A program made the translations under genes and the position numbers. Positions 30,192 to 39,558 of a DNA stretch of 64,000 nucleotides are shown here, one piece after another. The stretch is taken from the NCBI GenBank assembly GCA_965197475.1, contig CBDANF010000003.1, positions 2,336,001-2,400,000 of the forward strand, in the 5' to 3' direction. The notes under the pieces were generated by a model. The model had not been told where the DNA came from. It saw only the letters and a list, made by a program, of their open reading frames with translations, and did not search any database. How positions within the stretch are numbered: position 1 is the stretch's first letter; every line of letters starts with the position of its first letter. This stretch comes from Candidatus Poribacteria bacterium. GTDB taxonomy: Bacteria; Poribacteria; WGA-4E; WGA-3G.

Positions 30192-31475
30192 ATGGAAACA
30201 CTTACAATTGCGAATGGCGACATCTATACCCCAGCACATTACGGCAAGGGAACCGTCGTCATTCAAAACAATACAATTTCAGCAATAACAAAAGAGCAGC
30301 TCCCACCGTCAGAAGAGGTTATTGATGCAACAGGGTGTCTTGTCCTTCCTGGACTGATTGATGGTTTAATCCATGGCGGCGGCGGTTGCGATAGCATGAC
30401 GGGTAAGACTGAAGATATTGCTACAATTGCCCGTGCACATGCTGTTAACGGGGTTACGTCGTTAGTAGTGGGCATCTCCTCTGGAAGTATGGAGCAGATA
30501 AACGCATCCCTAACAGCAATTGCGCATGTCGTTGACCAACCGGTAGCAGATGGTGCACGGATTATAGGGTCGTATGTTGAGGGAAAATTCGGCAGTCTCG
30601 CGAAAAATGGCGCACAAAACGCCAAGTACATTACTCCACCAAACTTTGAAGAATTCCACACAATGTGGGCAGCCTCTGATGGCACACTAAAAGTGATTTC
30701 TGTCGCTCCAGAAAACGATGAGGATTTGCAGTTTATCAAACATCTCGCTAAGCACAAAGCAGATGCCTATAACAACATCGTTATTGCAATGGGGCACACA
30801 AACGCAACGTATCAACAAGCGATGGATGCCATTGATGCAGGCATAACTCGTGCCACACACACCTACAACGGCATGAGCGGCATGCACCACCGTGACCTCG
30901 GTGCGCTTGAAGCCGTTTTCGCACATCCTAACATACATGCCGAATTGATTGTTGATGAACACCACGTTCACCCTTTTTGGGGTAAACATCTGATCCAACA
31001 TAAAGGGATTTCAGGTGTTGGATTGATTACAGATTGCACTGAACATGCGGGGTTTCCTGCAGAAGAATGGCAAAAAGATGCTATTTATGAATCTGAACAT
31101 GATGCCTACCATCTGAACGCCGCAGATCCTGAAATATCTGATTCTTCACAAAAATACATAAAAAACGGCGCAATGTGGTTAGATGTCGGTAAACCTAATG
31201 AACGACTTGCAGGCGCGATCATTACTCTTATGGGTGGCATTCGTAATGTTATCGGATGGGGATATTCTCTGGAAGATGCTTTGACGATGGCGACATTAAC
31301 ACCCGCTCAGAATTTGGGTGTGGATGATCGTGTGGGTTCAATTGCACCAGGAAAAGCTGCAGATGTAGTTATTGTTGACGAAAATTTCAACATTCAAAAC
31401 GTAATTATTGGCGGAAAAGTGATTTATGAATGTAAGAAAAATGGTGAAAATACCTTATTGTGCGGCTTTTTATAA
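30192..31475 (+). CDS. nagA: N-acetylglucosamine-6-phosphate deacetylase family amidohydrolase
   Basis: PGLID..IHG, APE, GHT.A, THTYNGM, LITD, LAG, TPA..LG, G.I.PGK.AD. Confidence 0.8.
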   Translation: METLTIANGDIYTPAHYGKGTVVIQNNTISAITKEQLPPSEEVIDATGCLVLPGLIDGLIHGGGGCDSMTGKTEDIATIARAHAVNGVTSLVVGISSGSMEQINASLTAIAHVVDQPVADGARIIGSYVEGKFGSLAKNGAQNAKYITPPNFEEFHTMWAASDGTLKVISVAPENDEDLQFIKHLAKHKADAYNNIVIAMGHTNATYQQAMDAIDAGITRATHTYNGMSGMHHRDLGALEAVFAHPNIHAELIVDEHHVHPFWGKHLIQHKGISGVGLITDCTEHAGFPAEEWQKDAIYESEHDAYHLNAADPEISDSSQKYIKNGAMWLDVGKPNERLAGAIITLMGGIRNVIGWGYSLEDALTMATLTPAQNLGVDDRVGSIAPGKAADVVIVDENFNIQNVIIGGKVIYECKKNGENTLLCGFL

Positions 31476-31581
31476 AAAAGTTGCAATTTTTGAAACCTAC
31501 AACGAGATACATACGTAATTCGTTGTAGGAAGCAGAAAACTATACTAACGCTTATCATATTTCTGCCCAAGGGGAAGTAAA

Positions 31582-31728
31582 ATGAAGAACCGACATATTA
31601 ATACCACAATCCAAAAAATAAACACGTCAGCCACCTGTTACCTGAGAAGGATTTGTCCACGCGAGATATGTTGGTCGGCATATTTTAACTATAAGTTAAT
31701 ACCCCCCCCCCCACTTCACATTCGTTAA
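31582..31728 (+). CDS. Putative leader ORF containing a poly-C tract
   Basis: GGGGAAG and ATG 31582 give MKNRHINT...KLIPPPPLHIR* with the tract read as C11. Confidence 0.35.
   Translation: MKNRHINTTIQKINTSATCYLRRICPREICWSAYFNYKLIPPPPLHIR
31702..31712 (+). repeat. Poly-C11 homopolymer (possible slipped-strand switch)
   Basis: The longest homopolymer noticed in the window, in an AT-rich context. Confidence 0.8.
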
Positions 31729-31923
31729 TTTTATTGCTTTACAAGGTTTTATCGCAGACGTTAGCAGCTGCGATATTTTCGCGCCCGCACGCGCGCTTCG
31801 TTTCAAACGGAGTGTCTCGCTGTGGGCTTTTGTTGTTTATGGAAAAAGTCACGATTTATGTTGAATCGCAGTTGAGTCTTTGTTTAGTTTTACTTGAAAA
31901 ATTTTAACGGAGGAGATATAATT

Positions 31924-32142
31924 GTGAAAAAGAAACTTTTAAAGGTAGGGTTCACCACAGCACTTATTGTTTTCATTGGTGGAGGGCTGCTCTTTAGCAC
32001 AATCACAATGATTGATGCCACACAGACAGATAAACTTGTTTGCATAGAACAACCCCGAATTGACTGTACGAAATTGGAAAAACAGGAAACACCTTGTCCA
32101 AAATCAACCATACCACCCTGCACGCGCGAAGCAGGGAAATAA
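31924..32142 (+). CDS. Small secreted 4-Cys peptide
   Basis: GGAGGAG RBS and GTG start; signal or TM segment followed by C-x7-C-x9-C-x7-C. Confidence 0.6.
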   Translation: MKKKLLKVGFTTALIVFIGGGLLFSTITMIDATQTDKLVCIEQPRIDCTKLEKQETPCPKSTIPPCTREAGK

Positions 32143-32155
32143 AGGAGGAACGGAC

Positions 32156-33748
32156 ATGAAATTCTTTAGAAACAACGCATATTGGATACTCGGTATCCTT
32201 ATCGGTATCGGTATTAGCACGGTGATTTTGATACTACGCGGACAACAAAAGGACGCGGAAACAACGCAGCACGGACCATCTGCGAAACCTGAACAACAGG
32301 GCATCGCACAGGTTTCCCCAGAAAATGCTGCCAAACCACCGCCGCCCGGTGAAACACCAGAGAGCGGGTATTGGCATGGTGATCATTGGCACAAAACATC
32401 GCCACCACAGGTGCTACCTCCGGCAAAACGAAAACGTCCTGCAAAATCGTCAACACAGAAAAACCTTCCCCTGAAACAGTGGACACACGGACCACACATC
32501 GGACACCATCACCCGCGACCAAAACCAGGACCGGACCCGTTAGATTACGGGTTATCCCAAGAACAGATAGACCGAGCAAAAGAACGTCTTGCGTCCACAG
32601 AATGGTACGAATACGGAGGCGACGATAGATCCTACATATACTGGAACGAAGAAAAACGGAAAGGTAAAACAGGAGAAGAGATATATGAGCAAATTAATCG
32701 AGAAAAAGTAGACATCTTTACAGCGGATATGGATACCGTGAATGCGTTTAAATATCTCGCAGCGTATTCAAATTCAAATATAAATCAGTATGCGCCAGAG
32801 TTTGCTGAACGTGCTGTAGCCGAAAATCCCGATTTTCTGGAGGGACATCTTTTCCTGGCACGACAAGAATTTGATATGCAAGGTGGTCGTGTTGGAACAG
32901 TAAGGGATATGGTCCGTGCAACTGAGATATATCGCAAAATCGTGGAACACCCCGAACTCCACAGTGCATTGAATCCTACCGATGTGGTCAATTCCTTTGA
33001 AAGCTTAGGCAGCCTGCTTGTGATGGAGCAGCCTGTTGAATCGATTGAATACTTTAAACAGGCAACTAATATAGACCCGAAGTCCGGTTTGTATGGATTA
33101 AGTGTGGCTTACCAGCGATTAGGGGATGTCAAGACTGCCTGGGTATACCTCAAAAAGCTGCAAATCTATCCGCATTATGCAGAACTTGATCGGTATGCGG
33201 AGGCGATTGAAGCGGGTAAACCGTTGATTGACCCGTTACCGAGAACACCTGCACCGCCCGCTGCAAAGAAGGAACTGCCACCTGAGGTCTGGGATGCGTT
33301 TCCCGAAGGGACATCGGACACCGAGAAACCGTTTCACCCCGATACGGAGTGGGACCCACGCACACCAGCGCAGAATACCGCACCCGGTGCAAATACACAC
33401 CCGGATGCCGAACGCGCACGCGCTGCCGCACAGCAGGCACACGAGCATTTCCAAAAACAACACGAACGTGCATTGCAAGAACTCAACGATTTTTTTGATT
33501 TCGCACAAACCGTCTTCAACGCGGACAACCCGATGAATACCAATAACTTCTTACTCAAAGACATGGAGGCATTTTTCAAAGGTGGGCAACCGAAGTTTGA
33601 TCCTGACCGTATCATTCGCGCTTTCGAAACATTTGAACACTACGGTGCAAAAGAGGGGATCAAACATCTCCAAAAAAGCGATCTCGATGTCGCTGAAGCG
33701 GTTCTACAGCTGCTTACCGAAAAACGAAAATCCACTCCCAAAAAGTAA
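32156..33748 (+). CDS. Membrane-anchored TPR-like protein with WHGDHWH motif (paralog A)
   Basis: N-terminal TM, PPPPGET..SGYWHGDHWH, TPR-like SIEYFKQATNIDP..GLYGLSVAYQRLG. Confidence 0.75.
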   Translation: MKFFRNNAYWILGILIGIGISTVILILRGQQKDAETTQHGPSAKPEQQGIAQVSPENAAKPPPPGETPESGYWHGDHWHKTSPPQVLPPAKRKRPAKSSTQKNLPLKQWTHGPHIGHHHPRPKPGPDPLDYGLSQEQIDRAKERLASTEWYEYGGDDRSYIYWNEEKRKGKTGEEIYEQINREKVDIFTADMDTVNAFKYLAAYSNSNINQYAPEFAERAVAENPDFLEGHLFLARQEFDMQGGRVGTVRDMVRATEIYRKIVEHPELHSALNPTDVVNSFESLGSLLVMEQPVESIEYFKQATNIDPKSGLYGLSVAYQRLGDVKTAWVYLKKLQIYPHYAELDRYAEAIEAGKPLIDPLPRTPAPPAAKKELPPEVWDAFPEGTSDTEKPFHPDTEWDPRTPAQNTAPGANTHPDAERARAAAQQAHEHFQKQHERALQELNDFFDFAQTVFNADNPMNTNNFLLKDMEAFFKGGQPKFDPDRIIRAFETFEHYGAKEGIKHLQKSDLDVAEAVLQLLTEKRKSTPKK

Positions 33749-33789
33749 CGCCTCTTGATAACGGCGGCAACAATAAAGGAGGAACGGAC

Positions 33790-35376
33790 ATGAAATTCTT
33801 TAGAAACAACGCATATTGGATACTCGGTATCCTTATCGGTATCGGTATTAGCACGGTGATTTTGATACTACGCGGACAACAAAAGGACGCGGAAACAACG
33901 CAGCACGGACCATCTGCGAAACCTGAACAACAGGGCATCGCACAGGTTTCCCCAGAAAATGCTGCCAAACCACCGCCGCCCGGTGAAACACCAGAGAGTG
34001 GGTATTGGCATGGTGATCATTGGCACAAAACATCGCCACCACAAGTGCTACCTCCGGCAAAACGAAAACGTACTGCAAAGTCGTCAACACAGAAAAACCT
34101 TCCCCTGAAACAGTGGACACACGGACCACACATCGGGCATTATCATCCGCCTAAAAATACGTGGCCGAACTATGCGGATTACGGGCTATCTCAAGAACAG
34201 ATAGACCGAATCGAAGAACTTGGCTTACAATGGCAAGCTGAATACGGTGATGAAGCATTCTTCAATAGAAGATGGGAACAGAAAGGCCAAACTCAAGAAG
34301 AATGGGAAGCGGAAGGACATCGGAAACAAGTTGATAACATCACAGCGGATATGGATGCTATTAATGCGTTTAAATATCTCGCTGCTACATCGCCTATCCG
34401 AAATCCTTCCCAACATCTGTCAGCTTACCGTCATTCTCGATTTTATGAATACTTGCCGGAGTTCGCTGAGCGTGCTGTCGCCGAGAATCCCGATTTCCTG
34501 AAGGGGCATCTTTTTCTAGCACAACAAGAAAAGGATCCGGCCCGTGCTATCGAAACATATCGCGAAATTGTGGAACACCCCGATGTACACACTGCCCTCA
34601 GTCCCACCGATGCTGTTACTGCCTTTGACAGCTTAGGCGGCCTGCTTGTGATGGAGCAGCCTGTTGAATCGATTGAATACTTTAAACAGGCAACTAATAT
34701 AGACCCGAAGTCCGGTTTGTATGGATTAAGTGTGGCTTACCAGCGATTAGGAGACCTCAAAACTGCCTGGGTATACCTCAAAAAGCTGCAAACCTATCCG
34801 CATCATGCAGAACTTGATCGGTATGTAGAAGCGATTGAAGCGGGTAAACCGTGGATTGACCCGTTGCCGAGGACATCTGCACCGCCCGCTGCAAAGAAGG
34901 AACTGCCATCTGAGGTCTGGGATGCGTTTCCCGAAGGGACATCGGACACCGAGAAACCGTTTCACCCCGATACGGAGTGGGACCCACGCACACCAGCGCA
35001 GAATACCGCACCCGGTGCAAATACACACCCGGATGCCGAACGCGCACGCGCTGCCGCACAGCAGGCACACGAGCATTTCCAAAAACAACACGAACGTGCA
35101 TTGCAAGAACTCAACGATTTTTTTGATTTCGCACAAACCGTCTTCAACGCGGACAACCCGATGAATACCAATAACTTCTTACTCAAAGACATGGAGGCAT
35201 TTTTCAAAGGTGGGCAACCGAAGTTTGATCCTGACCGTATCATTCGCGCCTTCGAAACGTTTGAACGCTATGGTGCAAAAGAGGGGATCAAACATCTCCA
35301 AAAAAGCGATCTCGATGTCGCTGAAGCGGTTCTACAGCTGCTTACCGAAAAACGAAAATCCACTCCCAAAAAGTAA
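33790..35376 (+). CDS. Membrane-anchored TPR-like protein with WHGDHWH motif (paralog B)
   Basis: Same architecture and RBS as paralog A. Confidence 0.75.
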   Translation: MKFFRNNAYWILGILIGIGISTVILILRGQQKDAETTQHGPSAKPEQQGIAQVSPENAAKPPPPGETPESGYWHGDHWHKTSPPQVLPPAKRKRTAKSSTQKNLPLKQWTHGPHIGHYHPPKNTWPNYADYGLSQEQIDRIEELGLQWQAEYGDEAFFNRRWEQKGQTQEEWEAEGHRKQVDNITADMDAINAFKYLAATSPIRNPSQHLSAYRHSRFYEYLPEFAERAVAENPDFLKGHLFLAQQEKDPARAIETYREIVEHPDVHTALSPTDAVTAFDSLGGLLVMEQPVESIEYFKQATNIDPKSGLYGLSVAYQRLGDLKTAWVYLKKLQTYPHHAELDRYVEAIEAGKPWIDPLPRTSAPPAAKKELPSEVWDAFPEGTSDTEKPFHPDTEWDPRTPAQNTAPGANTHPDAERARAAAQQAHEHFQKQHERALQELNDFFDFAQTVFNADNPMNTNNFLLKDMEAFFKGGQPKFDPDRIIRAFETFERYGAKEGIKHLQKSDLDVAEAVLQLLTEKRKSTPKK

Positions 35377-35460
35377 CGCCTCTTGACAACGGCAACTTTT
35401 ATAGCAAAGGAGAACTTTATGAAACTTATACGCGATTTAATACAGCAAAGGAGAAACTTC

Positions 35461-37347
35461 ATGAAATATAAACGCGCTTTTATCTTGTTACTGTTCGTCT
35501 TACTGTCCGCGCCGGTGGTGCCAGTCTACTCAGCCACGCCAGAAGTATACCCAATGTCAATCACGAAATACGGTTACACGTTGGAAGTGTCAAAGTTAGC
35601 CGCAAACTTCTTTCCCGATATCAATACAGATATAGGGTTTACGATCACCGTCACCTTTCCCTCAAACGCTTCGGGGGCTGACCTCTTTGTCGGACTACTA
35701 CCTGACAGCGTTTCGAACCATTTGGGGCAATGCATCAGCCACGATGACAATGGTGAACATGCTAATCCCGATCTTATGCTGCGATTGATGAATAACGATG
35801 GATGGAGACGGGTGAGCGGCAGCAGGACGACCCTTGTCAGTCATCTCATCGCCACGGGTACTTTACCTGTCCCTTCATCTGTCAATGTCTACTGTAAGGA
35901 TAGTGCCGCCTCTGGCAAAATCGTTATTAGCTTAGACCCGACTGGTAAACCCGCCATCAGTCTGACCCGGCGCATCCCATTTGATGACGCAAACGAAAAC
36001 GGTATCGCTGACGGCTGGGCAGGCGATGCAATCAAAAACTATACCGGTGGCGAAGACGAAGAAACAGGGCCCGCTGGCACCAACTTTTTAGGGTACGTTC
36101 TGGATGCCAACGGCAATATTGAGTACAATAACGTCGGCATACCAAAGACGAAGAGATATAACGTTGCCGCGAATGGACATGTTGGCGATGGACTTACCGC
36201 TTTTGAGGAGTACCGCGGCGCAAAACTCGCCCGCGGGCTACCCGTGAAAAGGTTCGATCCGACTGTAAAGGATATCTTCGTGACACATAGGTACCATAAC
36301 AATAATGACTTAAAGCAAAAAGGAACCGGCACGGGTGCTGATTTTAAACTCACTCCCTACGAGATCATAACCGCGAGGACGGATAACGTGGTCAATTTAT
36401 ATACGGACGGACGCGCAGCCTCTCGTGTTTTCGCGATTAAAATTGAAGAAAATACGACTCAAGCCCCCGCAAACTTGCAGGTTCCCCCTCTCGGAGAAGC
36501 AACAGGAAATGCAAACATACCGAAATGTACGGATGTGGCTAATGGATTCTATGAGTTCCCGCCAGAGGTAACCATTTACACTGCCCGTCTCACAGCTGAC
36601 GAGATGGGCAAGGTGCTCTCACACGAAATTGGGCACTGCGTCAACTTAGAGCATTGCGATCAGGCAGAACCGGGGTGCCTGATGTTTCATGCAGAAAAGA
36701 AATTGCGTATAAGTTTTGGCAAGTATCACATCCCCGAGTATGATTTGATAGAACCCTTTGCAGCAGTGCCGGTAGCTAACCCCATTATTGGTGGGGACAA
36801 CCCGGGCGATGGTAACGGGGACAGTGGTGATGATAGTAACATCCTCAGCACGAATACGGGTTATAGTTCTTCACATGGGTGTGATTATAACTCCGAACAT
36901 GACTATTGCTCAGACACTGGTACGTGTGGAAGTCAAACGTCGTTTGATGGCATCGGTCTCTGTGGACATCGTTGGTGCCTCTGTCCTGCCGATGATAGCA
37001 GTAGCATTCTCAGCACGAACACTGGTGTCAGTGATACCTATGGTTGTCACTATATATCAGAACGTGACTACTGCTCAGACACTGGCACGTGTGGAAGTCA
37101 AACGTCGTCTGATGGCATCGGTCTCTGCGGACACCGATACTGCCTCTGTCCCGCCACCGATGATAGCAGCACCGATGATAGCAGTAGCATTCTCAGCACG
37201 AACACTGGTGTCAGTGATACCTATGGTTGTCACTATATATCAGAACGTGACTACTGCTCAGACACTGGCACGTGTGGAAGTCAAACGTCGTCTGATGGCA
37301 TCGGTCTCTGCGGACACCGATACTGCCTCTGTCCCGCCGCGGACTAA
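35461..37347 (+). CDS. Secreted metzincin-like Zn-metallopeptidase with three C-terminal 6-Cys repeats
   Basis: Signal peptide MKYKRAFILL..VYSA; DANENGIADGW; GDGLTAFEEYRG; HEIGHCVNLEH with CLM Met-turn; Cys repeats. Confidence 0.75.
   Translation: MKYKRAFILLLFVLLSAPVVPVYSATPEVYPMSITKYGYTLEVSKLAANFFPDINTDIGFTITVTFPSNASGADLFVGLLPDSVSNHLGQCISHDDNGEHANPDLMLRLMNNDGWRRVSGSRTTLVSHLIATGTLPVPSSVNVYCKDSAASGKIVISLDPTGKPAISLTRRIPFDDANENGIADGWAGDAIKNYTGGEDEETGPAGTNFLGYVLDANGNIEYNNVGIPKTKRYNVAANGHVGDGLTAFEEYRGAKLARGLPVKRFDPTVKDIFVTHRYHNNNDLKQKGTGTGADFKLTPYEIITARTDNVVNLYTDGRAASRVFAIKIEENTTQAPANLQVPPLGEATGNANIPKCTDVANGFYEFPPEVTIYTARLTADEMGKVLSHEIGHCVNLEHCDQAEPGCLMFHAEKKLRISFGKYHIPEYDLIEPFAAVPVANPIIGGDNPGDGNGDSGDDSNILSTNTGYSSSHGCDYNSEHDYCSDTGTCGSQTSFDGIGLCGHRWCLCPADDSSSILSTNTGVSDTYGCHYISERDYCSDTGTCGSQTSSDGIGLCGHRYCLCPATDDSSTDDSSSILSTNTGVSDTYGCHYISERDYCSDTGTCGSQTSSDGIGLCGHRYCLCPAAD
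36829..37338 (+). repeat. Three coding repeats of ~55-61 aa (ILSTNTG..GC.Y.SE.DYCSDTGTCGSQTS.DGIGLCGHR.CLCPA)
   Basis: Units start at about 36829, 36991 and 37174; units 2 and 3 appear identical in DNA. Confidence 0.92.
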
Positions 37348-37364
37348 CACAGGGAATGCCCATC

Positions 37365-37401
37365 ACAGGCAGTGCTTCCTTATTGAAAGGCTGCCTGTTT
37401 T
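37365..37401 (+). terminator. Hairpin plus T-run between the Cys-rich gene and the GspC-like gene
   Basis: ACAGGCAG...CTGCCTGT followed by TTT; the same stem core occurs at 60221-60252. Confidence 0.5.
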
Positions 37402-37421
37402 CTCAAGATGTTTAATACCCT

Positions 37422-37874
37422 ATGCGCCGTTGTCATTTGATTTACAGTCTGTGCCTCTTGGCATTTCTCATGTTTTGCGGAATATCGCTGTTTCCGCGAA
37501 AGGATCCTCCGCGATCGGAACCGTTAGTCGTGCCACCGGAGGACCCTGCCCCGCAGGCATCAAATACGTCCCCCGATGCCACACCGGACACATTCTATCA
37601 ATTTATCATCGACAATAATCTGTTCCGCCCACTTGGGTGGCAACCGCCCAAGCAGCAGCCCGACTATATCCTGCTCGGCACCGTCGTCGCACAGTTCCCC
37701 CAAGCGACCACCGCTGTTATCTTGGAACGCCGTTCCAAACAGTTGCAGATTATCACAGTCGGGGATACCCTTGGCACGTTAATCGTCACCGCCATAGAAC
37801 CTAAGCAGGTTACGTTGTGCAGACCCAATGGACAGCAGATTCTCATGCGCGGTGCCGCTTTCCAATCCTACTAA
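37422..37874 (+). CDS. Bitopic membrane protein, T2SS GspC-HR/PilP-like (paralog A)
   Basis: TM helix, Pro-rich linker, then N.FRP, L.GTV, AVI, VGDTL, V.AIEPKQVTL. Confidence 0.65.
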   Translation: MRRCHLIYSLCLLAFLMFCGISLFPRKDPPRSEPLVVPPEDPAPQASNTSPDATPDTFYQFIIDNNLFRPLGWQPPKQQPDYILLGTVVAQFPQATTAVILERRSKQLQIITVGDTLGTLIVTAIEPKQVTLCRPNGQQILMRGAAFQSY

Positions 37875-37890
37875 CGTTATGTTTAGAGCG

Positions 37891-38031
37891 TATGTCATAA
37901 ATCATTTGTAGGGCGAGGTCTCTGTGCCTCGCTATGTCTTGAGAACGAAAACAACGGGCGGGCACAGAGACCCACCCCTACGATGAAGTTGGATGCTCTG
38001 AAGGAAACCGTGTTTAACGATTTATGAGATA
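37891..38031. repeat. MITE-like unit: outer inverted repeats enclosing a GTAG REP doublet (family C)
   Basis: tatgtcataaatc / gatttatgagata flank gtagggcgaggtctctgtgcctcgc ... gcgggcacagagacccacccctac. Confidence 0.6.
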
Positions 38032-38288
38032 GACTGTATTCAAATTATAATGGTTATTCGGATTTTACAAAGAGGGTTATGACCATATAATGAAATTTCC
38101 AACTTTAATCAAAATGAACCGCTGCAGGCGCGGGTTCTCAATCCCAAAAACTGTCTCATATTATTTAGTCAATACTATCAAAATTTGAACGTCCAAACCG
38201 TAATCCTGTGTGGAAGAGCGATTAAATCGTAAAAAATTAGCAGTTTCGCAAAAAATTTCTAATTATTTTCATAATTTTCAAATTTAAC

Positions 38289-38317
38289 TTGACAAATGAC
38301 AGAAACCGTATTATAAT
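38289..38317 (+). promoter_or_regulatory. Consensus sigma70 promoter of the str operon
   Basis: TTGACA-17 nt-TATAAT. Confidence 0.85.
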
Positions 38318-38510
38318 TAAAGTTTTGAGTGTGATAGTTAAGTTTTGTCTAGAACAAACATAGGGGGCATTCAATTTGGAAGCAGTCTAACGTCGTTTTT
38401 TCAGAGCAGCGTTAATGTGTTCAAGTAAATTATGAGCCCTGCAAGGGCTTTTTCTTTTGTCTAAACGTTGTAGGTGTGACCTATTGTCGTTATGTCAGTG
38501 AGGTGTGGAG

Positions 38511-38885
38511 ATGCCAACTATTAATCAATTAATTAAAAAACCGCGCAAAAAATATCGTAAAAAAACGAAATCCCCGATTCTCCAGCAGTGCCCACAACGT
38601 AGAGGTATCTGCTTACAGGTGAAAACGGTAACGCCAAACAAGCCTAACTCAGCCTTACGGAAAGTGGCACGTGTCCGGTTTACCTCTTCTACTGATGAAG
38701 CAACCTGTTATATTCCAGGGATTGACCACAATTTGCAGGAGCACTCAATGGTGTTAGTCCGCGGCGGGCGAGTCAAGGATTTGTCAAACGTGCGATACCA
38801 TATTGTCCGTGGCAAATTAGATACAGATGGTGTTGAAAACCGTCGCCAGGGTCGCTCTAAATATGGGGCGCGGAAGCCCGGTTAA
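38511..38885 (+). CDS. rpsL: 30S ribosomal protein S12
   Basis: [35 protein letters not shown]. Confidence 0.98.
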   Translation: MPTINQLIKKPRKKYRKKTKSPILQQCPQRRGICLQVKTVTPNKPNSALRKVARVRFTSSTDEATCYIPGIDHNLQEHSMVLVRGGRVKDLSNVRYHIVRGKLDTDGVENRRQGRSKYGARKPG

Positions 38886-39001
38886 TTGACCAACAATATA
38901 AATTTCATCTTTGTTCAAGAAAACTTTGTTCAAGAAGATACGATAGATTGTAATACCGGTAAGAGAGCGGGTTGTGCTCTTGATTTCTGGAGGAATGATA
39001 C

Positions 39002-39472
39002 ATGCCGAGGCGTGGAAACGTCGCAAAACGGGACGTAAGTCCCGATGCCGTTCACAACAGCAAATTAGTTTCAAAATTTATTAACCATCTAATGTGGGAT
39101 GGTAAAAAAGGCACCGCACAACGGATTGTCTACACCAGTTTTCGGATTATTGAGGAGCGAGCGAAAGAGGATGGATTTACAGTGTTTCGACAAGCCATCA
39201 ATAATGTGAAACCTGTGCTGGAAATCCGCCCACGGCGTGTCGGAAGCCAAACATATCAAGTACCGGTTGATGTAAAAGCTGAACGACGAACCACTTTAGC
39301 GGTTAACTGGATTATCCAATCTGCGCGTAACCGAGGCGAAAAAGGTATGGCCGCGCGGTTGGCAGGCGAGCTTTTGGATGCATCGCAGAATGAAGGTAAC
39401 GCAATTGGTAAGAAACAAGACCAACACCGGATGGCGGAAGCAAATAGAGCCTTTGCACATTATCGATGGTAA
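39002..39472 (+). CDS. rpsG: 30S ribosomal protein S7
   Basis: [26 protein letters not shown]. Confidence 0.98.
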   Translation: MPRRGNVAKRDVSPDAVHNSKLVSKFINHLMWDGKKGTAQRIVYTSFRIIEERAKEDGFTVFRQAINNVKPVLEIRPRRVGSQTYQVPVDVKAERRTTLAVNWIIQSARNRGEKGMAARLAGELLDASQNEGNAIGKKQDQHRMAEANRAFAHYRW

Positions 39473-39558
39473 TCAAATTAAATAATAAACATAAAAACAA
39501 CACACAGAAAATTGTGAAACGGTGTCAAAAAGATCGACTAAACAAGGAGTCTTAAACT

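Larger units (their letters stand above)
32138..35393 (+). repeat. Tandem duplication, period about 1634 bp, with near-identical ends and a divergent centre
   Basis: 32138-~32505 matches 33772-~34137 and ~33000-33765 matches ~34630-35393; the central ~500 bp differ. Confidence 0.92.

Noticed and set aside
32500-34630. Diversity-generating retroelement TR/VR pair
   Set aside because: Differences include indels and all base types rather than adenine-specific changes, and no reverse transcriptase is present in the window.
36788-37618. 276-aa alternative-frame ORF with repeats
   Set aside because: Shadow frame of the Cys-repeat region of the metallopeptidase.
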